From an uncultured virus (IMG/VR IMGVR_UViG_3300042691_034458) (taxonomy: Duplodnaviria; Heunggongvirae; Uroviricota; Caudoviricetes), in the IMG/VR virus record IMGVR_UViG_3300042691_034458, positions 53,468 through 73,467 of that record: a stretch of 20,000 nt of DNA. One strand, 5' to 3'. Every line of letters begins with the position of its first letter. Position 1 is the first letter of the stretch. The notes beneath the pieces were generated by a model that was given only the letters and a program-made list of their open reading frames with translations, was not told where the DNA came from and did not search any database. A program made the position numbers and the translations under genes. This document shows, piece by piece, positions 1 to 7,835 of this stretch.

Positions 1-1
1 G

Positions 2-181
2 AGTTTTAACAAAAAAATTATTACTAAAGAAAAATTAATTGAAGCTCTTAATAGTGAGATTTCATTAGAGAAATTTTTTTCTGCGGATTCAATAGTTTTT
101 AAAGATGATTTATCTCATTATGCTTTTGGGTTATTTAAAGAAGGATTCTCAAAAGAAGAAATTTTTAAAAAAATCTTGTAA
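2..181 (+). CDS. 3' end of a hypothetical protein (truncated by the window start)
   Basis: Frame 2 is open from the window edge to TAA at 179-181 (SFNKKIITKEKLIEALN...EEIFKKIL*). Not in the ORF track because its start is outside the window. Confidence 0.7.
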   Translation, partial: SFNKKIITKEKLIEALNSEISLEKFFSADSIVFKDDLSHYAFGLFKEGFSKEEIFKKIL

Positions 182-198
182 ATAGTTGATTACTACGT

Positions 199-228
199 AT
201 TATGAGTTAGTTTTAAATAACTCATAAT
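199..228. promoter_or_regulatory. Perfect 11-bp inverted repeat (ATTATGAGTTA-N8-TAACTCATAAT); possible operator or RNA hairpin
   Basis: Arms 199-209 and 218-228 are exact reverse complements and end 4 nt before the ATG at 233. It overlaps a weak TTGATT(186)-N16-TAGTTT(208) promoter-like pair. Function is inferred. Confidence 0.45.
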
Positions 229-232
229 TCAC

Positions 233-2965
233 ATGGAAAAAAAACTAAATATTTTAGCACACGCCTCTTTTATTGGTAAAACCGGTTATGCTAATCATGC
301 TAAATCATTTTTTTGCGCGTTAAATAAGTATGCTAATGTTAAAGTTAGAAATCTGACAGTAGGTGATAGTTGGTGTGGATTATCGGAAAAACCTCATGAT
401 AAAGAAGAGTATTTTACCGATGAAATGCGTAATATGCTTATACTGCAAACATTATACGAACAAGATAATACAAGAAAAGATTATCCAATATACGGTTACG
501 ATGGGTCTTTCATTCCTGATATTCATATCGTTTTAAATGATGTTAATAACCCATATTTTTATGATAACTATGATGGATATCGCATAGCTTATAATGTTTG
601 GGAATCAACGGAATACCCAAAAGATTTTTTTGAAAGATTATTTTATTTTCATGAGGTTTGGGTACCATCTAAATGGCAAAAAGATAATTTAATTAAACAA
701 GGTTACCCAAAGGAAAGAATTTCGGTTGTTCCAGAAGGTGTTGACCCTGAAGTTTTTAAACCAACAAATGAAATTGATTTATCAGAAAAGTTTACATTTT
801 TACTTTTTGGTAGGTGGGAATATAGAAAATCAACAAGTGAAATAATTAGAGCGTTTAATGAAGAATTTAAAAATGAGGATGTTAACTTAGTTGTTTGTGC
901 AAATAATCCATTTGCTAATGATGGGTTTAAAACAACTGAAGAAAGAATAATTGCAAATGGTTTGGAAAATAAAAATCTTAAAATAGTTAATTTTCCAACT
1001 AGAGAAGAATATATTAATTATTTAAAAAATGGTCATGTTTTTATTTCATGTGCTAGAAGTGAGGGGTGGAATCTACCTTTAATAGAAGCAATGGCTTGTG
1101 GTACGCCATCAATTTATTCAAACTGGGGAGCACAACTTGAATTTGCTGATGGATTAGGAATTCCTGTTAAAGTTACTGATTTTGTTTCAGCTAAAAACCA
1201 AGATAATTCATTTGTTGGCGATTATATAGAACCAGATTTTAACGATTTGAAATTAAAAATGAGAATGGTCTATAATGATTATAAATCATTTAAAGAAAAT
1301 GCTTTATTAGAATCTGAAACAATTCACAGAAATTTTAATTGGGATTTGGTGGCTAAAAATGCTAATAATATTTTACAAAAAAAGGTAAATGACTTTGTTT
1401 TTGTTACTACCGGTAACGAAAATTATATGCCTCTTATTGAATGTTTAGTTAAGTCTTTAAATGAGTTTTCAAAATTTAAAATTATTGTTTATGGGATAAA
1501 TTGTGATGTACCATTTGATTATCCAAATTTAATAAAAAGAAGATTAAATATTGAAGAATACTCAGAACATGATAGGTGGTTTTGGAAGCAATACGCATGT
1601 ATTGAGTCAATTAACGAATCATTTGAAAATTTTGTTTGGGTTGATGGGGACGTTGTTGCAAATTTTAATATTGATAATATAATCAATTATTTCCCTTATG
1701 TTGGGAATTATCCGCTATCTGACATACACAGACAAAAAGAATTCTATGGATTTTTTTATGAAAATGGTGTTAAATATGAGCAACTATTTAATGAAAATCT
1801 TAGTAAATACTTAAATGTTACACCACATTTACCATTTATGCACGTTTGTCTTTTCATTTACAATAAAACCTGCAAATGGTTTTTTGATGAGATTATAAAC
1901 CTCTATAAATCAACAGATTTAAATAAATATAGGCATTTATTCTTATGGAATGATGAAGGTGCTGATAATGCAATTAGATCGAAGTTTAATTTAAAAAACC
2001 ATTTACCGTTATCTAATTTTGATGTTTCATCATATGATGGCGAATCATATGAGTTTATTAATAACCAACTATCTGATTTTTATACATTTTGGGAGAAAGA
2101 TGGTCCATATAATTTTAATAAAATTTATGGACTTCAATATATTCCTGAAAATAAAAAAGATATTATCTACTTCCACGGTAACAAAAATGTTGACGCAGCA
2201 AATAAAATGATTGATTTTATTAAAATAAAAAGAGACAATTCTTTTTACGAATCAAATAATTTTTATACTTCAAAAAATGTAATAACAGATTTTAGTGATA
2301 TAAAAAATATTGAGGGCGGAACTATTTGGGTTGCTGAAAATTACGGTTGGTCACACGCAATATATCATGAAATTTATAACTTACAGGATTACTATTTAAG
2401 TAGAAAAAAACAAATAAATGATGGGGATATTGTTGTTGATTTAGGAGGTAATATTGGTATCTTCAATAGATGGGCTTATTCACAAGGAGCGTCTAAAGTT
2501 ATCTCATTTGAACCAGATAGAAGATATTTTGAATTATTGAAGAAAAACACAAGTCCTAATTCAATTCTTTTTAATGCGGCGATGTCTGATAGGATTGGGG
2601 AGTTGAGTCTATTTGAGAGCGACCATTTGGGTGGTTCAAATATATTTGGTGTGCCTAGTAACACAAAAAATTACAAGGTCCGGACTTATACATTAGATTT
2701 TTTATTTGATACAGATTTAATTACTCACATTGACTTTTTAAAGGTTGACGTTGAGGGTGCAGAACATCTAATTTTTAAAGGAATTAGCGATAACAATTTA
2801 TCTAAAGTTAAAACTATTTCAATGGAATATCATCACTCACATTTTAATTTTGATGAAAAATTACGTGATGATTTTATTAATAGATTTGTTAGTCTTGGCT
2901 TCAATTCTTATCTTTTATTTATGGGGACAAATAATGCATTACAAATGATATATTTTTATAGATAA
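233..2965 (+). CDS. Three-domain fusion: GT4 (GT-B) glycosyltransferase + GT-A-like DxD transferase + FkbM-family methyltransferase
   Basis: GT4 motifs: TGYA, WES, VWVPS, GRWEYRK and the RSEGWNLPLIEAMACGTP (E-x7-E) signature (~233-1390). Middle domain has WVDGDVV (DxD), WNDEG and YFHGNK (~1390-2230). C-terminus has FkbM motifs VVDLGGNIG, SFEP and FLKVDVEGAE (~2350-2965). Confidence 0.85.
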   Translation: MEKKLNILAHASFIGKTGYANHAKSFFCALNKYANVKVRNLTVGDSWCGLSEKPHDKEEYFTDEMRNMLILQTLYEQDNTRKDYPIYGYDGSFIPDIHIVLNDVNNPYFYDNYDGYRIAYNVWESTEYPKDFFERLFYFHEVWVPSKWQKDNLIKQGYPKERISVVPEGVDPEVFKPTNEIDLSEKFTFLLFGRWEYRKSTSEIIRAFNEEFKNEDVNLVVCANNPFANDGFKTTEERIIANGLENKNLKIVNFPTREEYINYLKNGHVFISCARSEGWNLPLIEAMACGTPSIYSNWGAQLEFADGLGIPVKVTDFVSAKNQDNSFVGDYIEPDFNDLKLKMRMVYNDYKSFKENALLESETIHRNFNWDLVAKNANNILQKKVNDFVFVTTGNENYMPLIECLVKSLNEFSKFKIIVYGINCDVPFDYPNLIKRRLNIEEYSEHDRWFWKQYACIESINESFENFVWVDGDVVANFNIDNIINYFPYVGNYPLSDIHRQKEFYGFFYENGVKYEQLFNENLSKYLNVTPHLPFMHVCLFIYNKTCKWFFDEIINLYKSTDLNKYRHLFLWNDEGADNAIRSKFNLKNHLPLSNFDVSSYDGESYEFINNQLSDFYTFWEKDGPYNFNKIYGLQYIPENKKDIIYFHGNKNVDAANKMIDFIKIKRDNSFYESNNFYTSKNVITDFSDIKNIEGGTIWVAENYGWSHAIYHEIYNLQDYYLSRKKQINDGDIVVDLGGNIGIFNRWAYSQGASKVISFEPDRRYFELLKKNTSPNSILFNAAMSDRIGELSLFESDHLGGSNIFGVPSNTKNYKVRTYTLDFLFDTDLITHIDFLKVDVEGAEHLIFKGISDNNLSKVKTISMEYHHSHFNFDEKLRDDFINRFVSLGFNSYLLFMGTNNALQMIYFYR

Positions 2966-5700
2966 TGGCGCACGTAGAACAAAGAAATTTTTGCATTAAA
3001 GTAAAAGAAAAGTTTCCTGATTTTTTTAAAAATAAAAAAGTCTTGGATATTGGTTCATTAGACATAAATGGTAGTAATCGAGATTTATTTGAGGATTGTG
3101 ATTATATAGGATTAGACGTTGGTGAAGGTAGGAATGTCGATGTGGTATCTGTTGGTCATTTATATGATGCTCCAGATAGTTTTTTCGATACGATTATTTC
3201 TACTGAAGTCTTTGAACACGATATGTTCTATGAGGAAACCGTTAAAAACATAATGAGAATGTTAAAACCCGGTGGCTTATTTGTATTTACCTGTGCCGCA
3301 CCGGGAAGACCGGAGCATGGAACTAGACGATGTGGTGAAGAGTGCGCTCCATTATTGATACAAATTTCAGAAGAATGGGCTGACTATTATAAAAATTTAG
3401 ATAGCCATGATTTTAAAATTATACCAAGTTTTAATGAAACATTTCCCGATGGTTATTTTGAATTAAATAATTTATATCTAGAAATACCATCTGATTTGTA
3501 TTTTTATGGTATAAAAGGTGGTGAGAAATATTACATAAATAATATTGTTACAGAATACAATAAACCAGAATTTAATGAACATATTTTTGTTATTGATTCT
3601 TGGCCTGACGATGAAAAAAAAGAAAATGATTTAGTTAATTTAATTAAAAAATTAAAATCATTTAATATTCAAATTTTACTAGCCGGACATTATCCGATTA
3701 AAGAAGAAATACAAAAAATGGTGGATTATTATATTTTTGATAAAAATAATCCATTATTACTTTCTAGTGAATTTAATTCGTTTGATGTTGGTAGTGGAAG
3801 ATGGGCAGAAACTTCAGAATATAGAATAGATATGTCAATGGTCTTTCATCATGATTATGCAATATGGGAAACAATGAGAACGGCATTTAATTTTTGTAAA
3901 TTTTTAAATAAAAAATACATTCATTTCTTAGAATATGATAATAATCCAAATGTTTTCCAATATAAACAATGTTTTATTGAACAAATAATTAATCATGATG
4001 CAATCATATACGAATATAGTTTAGATTCAGCAAAAAATTTAAATCCATATTGTGCCACTTTTATTTTTTCAATAAAAACAGATATCGCATTAAAATTAAT
4101 TTCACAAATAAATTCAAAAACGGAATATTTTACTAACAAACCTAAAGGTTGGCAGTTAGAGCGAGTTTTTTTAGAAAAATTAACTAATGTTACAAATAAC
4201 ATAAAACTTTCAGAATATATTGCAAATGAAAATGAATTAAATACTCAAGCAGTTTGGAATAGAGATGGTATAGTTAAAAATGGTGCAATATTTCAATCCT
4301 ACTTAGCTGTTGATTATAAAAATCATTTATATTTAGAACTAATATCTGGTTTTGATAGTAAAAAAGCTGATAAAGATTATATTATAGAGATTGAGTATCT
4401 TTCAACAAGAAAGTTTATAACATTAAAAAAAGATAACATGATGATTGTTCCGTTAGGGGAATATCACGTTGGAGGTTATGTTAAATTATATTATGAGGGG
4501 GTTTTAATTTTTAATGAATTTCTATATAAATCAGCAAAAAAATTTAGAGAAGTGAGTTCAATTATTTTAAAAAATGAGTCACTACCTGAACCCAAAATTA
4601 ATATTAATTTTATTGATGGGGCGTTTGTTGAAATATTAGATGATATTGATTCTAAATATGATGTTGAATTTATAGATAAGCAAACAAATCGTGTAATTTT
4701 TGGAACAACAATAAAAAATAATTGTTGGGCTAAATGTAATAAAAAATATTTTATTGATTGGAAAATCAAAATTAAATCACAATACGGTAAAGAATATACA
4801 TATGACTTAGATTTAAAAAATCAAAATGTTTTGATTTCATTTGAGTCTAAATCCTTAGGGGATACTTTAGCGTGGATGTCATATGTTGAGGCTTTCGGTA
4901 TCAAACACGGATGTAATGTTATCTGCTCAACATTCCACAATGATTTATTTGTAAACCAATATAAAAATATTAAATTCGTTAAACCGGGAAATACAGCTAG
5001 TAATATAATTGCTCTTTATAGATTAGGTGTTTTTTATAATGGAAATAATTTTAATGAGGAATATCATTTAATGGACCCAAAAAAGGAACCACTATTAAAA
5101 ATAGCTTCCGACATATTGGGATTAGAATATAAAGAATTAAAACCAAGTCTTCCCGTTTTATCAATAAAAAAAGAAAAACGAGTTTGTATAGCAACACATT
5201 CAACCGCACAATGCAAGTATTGGAATAACCCAACTGGTTGGCAAGAAGTTGTTGATTTCTTGATAGAAAATGGATATGAAGTTAGATTGTTGTCAATTGA
5301 AGAAGATGGATATATGGGTAATAAAAATCCTATCGGTGTTACACAACAACCAAAAGGTGAAATAACAGATGTCCTTAAAACATTACAGGAATCGGAATTT
5401 TTTATTGGTATTAGTAGCGGACTAAGCTGGTTAGCTTGGGCATCTGGAATTAAAACAATACTAATATCCGGTTTTACTGATAAATATTTAGAACCATTAA
5501 ATGATATTTATCGGGTAATAAATAAAGAAGTATGTCATGGGTGTTGGCACACACATAAATTTGACGCTGGCGACTGGAATTGGTGTCCAATACACAAAGG
5601 AACATCTAGAGAATTTGAATGCTCTAAATCAATAACCGCAGACCAAGTTATTAATTTAATTAAAAATGAAAATTTATGTTCAAATTGCGTCATATCGTGA
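2965..5700 (+). CDS. Fusion: class I SAM methyltransferase + uncharacterised GT-like domain + autotransporter O-heptosyltransferase-like (Aah/TibC, BAHT) domain
   Basis: N-terminal methyltransferase motifs VLDIGS, DTIISTEVFEHD and LKPGG. From ~4591: NFIDGAFVEI, KKYFIDWKI, SLGDTLAW, KYWNNPTGW, FFIGISSGLSWLAW, ISGFT and the four-Cys cluster CHGCW...WCP...FECSKSIT, matching the BAHT iron-finger pattern. Coupled to the upstream gene by a TAATG overlap. Confidence 0.85.
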   Translation: MAHVEQRNFCIKVKEKFPDFFKNKKVLDIGSLDINGSNRDLFEDCDYIGLDVGEGRNVDVVSVGHLYDAPDSFFDTIISTEVFEHDMFYEETVKNIMRMLKPGGLFVFTCAAPGRPEHGTRRCGEECAPLLIQISEEWADYYKNLDSHDFKIIPSFNETFPDGYFELNNLYLEIPSDLYFYGIKGGEKYYINNIVTEYNKPEFNEHIFVIDSWPDDEKKENDLVNLIKKLKSFNIQILLAGHYPIKEEIQKMVDYYIFDKNNPLLLSSEFNSFDVGSGRWAETSEYRIDMSMVFHHDYAIWETMRTAFNFCKFLNKKYIHFLEYDNNPNVFQYKQCFIEQIINHDAIIYEYSLDSAKNLNPYCATFIFSIKTDIALKLISQINSKTEYFTNKPKGWQLERVFLEKLTNVTNNIKLSEYIANENELNTQAVWNRDGIVKNGAIFQSYLAVDYKNHLYLELISGFDSKKADKDYIIEIEYLSTRKFITLKKDNMMIVPLGEYHVGGYVKLYYEGVLIFNEFLYKSAKKFREVSSIILKNESLPEPKININFIDGAFVEILDDIDSKYDVEFIDKQTNRVIFGTTIKNNCWAKCNKKYFIDWKIKIKSQYGKEYTYDLDLKNQNVLISFESKSLGDTLAWMSYVEAFGIKHGCNVICSTFHNDLFVNQYKNIKFVKPGNTASNIIALYRLGVFYNGNNFNEEYHLMDPKKEPLLKIASDILGLEYKELKPSLPVLSIKKEKRVCIATHSTAQCKYWNNPTGWQEVVDFLIENGYEVRLLSIEEDGYMGNKNPIGVTQQPKGEITDVLKTLQESEFFIGISSGLSWLAWASGIKTILISGFTDKYLEPLNDIYRVINKEVCHGCWHTHKFDAGDWNWCPIHKGTSREFECSKSITADQVINLIKNENLCSNCVIS

Positions 5701-6913
5701 CCCGCAATTAATTCCGACAATTAAAAATTTATTAGAAAATTCAAAAAATCCAGAAAATTTAAGGATTGGTATTGCTAGACAATATCATCCAGAAGATAAA
5801 TTTGATGATTTGTCTGAGTATGATAACGATGAACGATTTAGAATTTTAAATATTCCATATGAAGAATCTTTAGGTGTTTGTTGGGCTAGACATTTGATTC
5901 AACAACTTTATGATAATGAGGAATATACCCTTCAGATAGATTCTCACATGAGATTTGAAAAAGATTGGGATGAAACATTAATTAATATGCTTGAAGGATT
6001 AAAAAAAGATGGTTATAGAAAGCCACTATTAACAGCATATGTACCATCATTTAATCCTGAAAATGACCCTAATGATAGAGTCAAGGTTCCTTGGCGGATG
6101 GTTTTTGATAAGTTTACACCAGAAGGTGTTGTATTTTTTCTTCCTGAGGTTATCCAAAATTGGAAACAATTAGATAAACCAATTCCTGCTAGATTTTACT
6201 CTGCACATTTTTGTTTTACAATTGGACAATTTGCGTTAGAGGCGCAACATGACCCCGAATATTATTTTCATGGTGAAGAGATTTCTATCGCAGCAAGAGC
6301 ATATACACATGGATATGATTTATTTCATCCGCATAAGGTCATTCTTTGGCATGAATATACTAGAAAGGGTAGAACAAAGCATTGGGACGATATACAAAAT
6401 TGGTCAGCTTTAAACAAAGAATCACACAGAAGAAATAGAGTATTATTTGGTATGGATAATGAAATTCAAAACATTGATTTTGGTAGATTTGGTTTTGGTA
6501 AATTAAGAACTTTAAGAGATTATGAAAAATATGTTGGTTTATTATTTGAAAAACGTGCTATACAGCAATACACGTTAGATAAAAAATATGCACCAAATCC
6601 ATATACATTTAATGATGAAAATGAGTGGAAAAATAGTTTTGCATCAAAGTTTAAATATGATATAAAAGTTCCAAAAATTAATTTACAAGAAAAAGATTAT
6701 GAGTTTTTTGCTATTGCTTTTCACGACAAAAAAGATGAAACGTTATACAGAAAAGATGCAGACAAGATTGAAATTTTTAATTCTTTTAAGACAGTTGATG
6801 ACTTTATAACAATTAGGAGAGAATTTAATAATGAACAAATTCCGGCGTATTGGGTTGTTTGGCCTTATAGTAAAACAAAAGGATGGTGCGATAGATTGGT
6901 AGGTGAAATTTAA
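5666..6913 (+). CDS. GT60/Gnt1-like (Skp1-type) protein O-GlcNAc transferase family glycosyltransferase
   Basis: IYVQIASYRDP, GVCWARH, LQIDSHMRF (DxH), FHGEEI, AYTHGYDLF and WHEY match the Dictyostelium Gnt1 / Pfam GlcNAc family pattern. Overlaps the upstream gene by 35 nt. Confidence 0.8.
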   Translation: MKIYVQIASYRDPQLIPTIKNLLENSKNPENLRIGIARQYHPEDKFDDLSEYDNDERFRILNIPYEESLGVCWARHLIQQLYDNEEYTLQIDSHMRFEKDWDETLINMLEGLKKDGYRKPLLTAYVPSFNPENDPNDRVKVPWRMVFDKFTPEGVVFFLPEVIQNWKQLDKPIPARFYSAHFCFTIGQFALEAQHDPEYYFHGEEISIAARAYTHGYDLFHPHKVILWHEYTRKGRTKHWDDIQNWSALNKESHRRNRVLFGMDNEIQNIDFGRFGFGKLRTLRDYEKYVGLLFEKRAIQQYTLDKKYAPNPYTFNDENEWKNSFASKFKYDIKVPKINLQEKDYEFFAIAFHDKKDETLYRKDADKIEIFNSFKTVDDFITIRREFNNEQIPAYWVVWPYSKTKGWCDRLVGEI

Positions 6914-6923
6914 TTATTTGATA

Positions 6924-6930
6924 TATTTAT
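6924..6930 (+). promoter_or_regulatory. TATTTAT motif, putative late promoter
   Basis: 15 nt before the ATG at 6946; the same motif precedes four other putative virion-associated genes. Confidence 0.45.
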
Positions 6931-6945
6931 TATTAAAAATAATAA

Positions 6946-7311
6946 ATGGAATTCTTTATTAAAAAAAACGCAACACTTCCTGTTTTAAAAATGCAAGTTT
7001 TAAATAATGGTAGGCATGAATATAAAACATTTATGAATTTACTTGAAACTGCGACAATTTCATTTACAATGATTAATGAAGCTACTGGAATACCAAAAAT
7101 AGCAAATGCTCCAGCATATATAACAGATAAAATTTTTGAAAATCCTAATGCTGATAGGGAATATTATGTTTATTATCTTTTTTCACAGAAAGACACTAAT
7201 AAGGTAGGACGTTATCAGGGTCAATTTGTACTAGCCTTGAATAACGGGACATTAATTTGTCCAATCAGAGAGGATTTATACATAAATATAACGGATAGTA
7301 CAATTTCATAA
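6946..7311 (+). CDS. Putative virion structural protein, BppU N-terminal-like (paralogue 1)
   Basis: FIKKNATLP, ISFTM, YYxF...DT..VGRYQGQF and PxxxxLYINI pattern recalls baseplate upper protein N-terminal Ig-like domains. Paralogue of the next gene. Confidence 0.5.
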   Translation: MEFFIKKNATLPVLKMQVLNNGRHEYKTFMNLLETATISFTMINEATGIPKIANAPAYITDKIFENPNADREYYVYYLFSQKDTNKVGRYQGQFVLALNNGTLICPIREDLYINITDSTIS

Positions 7312-7313
7312 AA

Positions 7314-7814
7314 ATGAATTTTTTTATAAAAAAAAATGCAACACTACCATTTTTGGTATTAAAAATAATTAAAGGTGAGGTAGATGATTTCTATGAATAT
7401 TTTGATTCATTATCTTCAACCACAATTAATTTCTCAATGAGAGATACTGAAACAAAAAAATTAAAAATAGTTAATGATTCATGTAACATAGAAAAAAATG
7501 AAAATGAAGAAAGAGATGAATATTTAATTTATTATCAATTTAAAAATCACCATACCAAATTAATAGGTCGCTACGAAGCGGAATTTAATATTCAAGAAAA
7601 TCAAAAAAAAATAGGTTTACCATTAAAAAATAAACTCTATATTAATGTTGTTGATAGTTTTGCGGCAAATAATCTTTCATATAGTTCTACTACAGCAACA
7701 ATAGTAAGTAATAATTGTTGTGTAACATCTATAACACAAGAAACTTTCTTCTTATTAACAGAAGATAATATAATACTTGCAACTGAAGATGGTGAAAATA
7801 TTCTATGGATATAA
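7314..7814 (+). CDS. Putative virion structural protein, BppU N-terminal-like (paralogue 2) with C-terminal LTED repeats
   Basis: Shares FFIKKNATLP, YYxF, GRYxxxF and LYIN..DS with 6946-7311. Extra tail ends LLTEDNIILATEDGENILWI. Confidence 0.5.
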   Translation: MNFFIKKNATLPFLVLKIIKGEVDDFYEYFDSLSSTTINFSMRDTETKKLKIVNDSCNIEKNENEERDEYLIYYQFKNHHTKLIGRYEAEFNIQENQKKIGLPLKNKLYINVVDSFAANNLSYSSTTATIVSNNCCVTSITQETFFLLTEDNIILATEDGENILWI

Positions 7815-7821
7815 TATTTAT
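7815..7821 (+). promoter_or_regulatory. TATTTAT motif, putative late promoter
   Basis: 14 nt before the ATG at 7836. Confidence 0.45.
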
Positions 7822-7835
7822 ATTTAAAAAAGATT

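Noticed and set aside
233..6913. Cluster as a DNA hypermodification or bacterial LPS/capsule locus
   Set aside because: No hydroxymethylase, nucleotide kinase, flippase or Wzy polymerase in the window, and two families are protein-directed. Not fully excluded for the GT4 domain.
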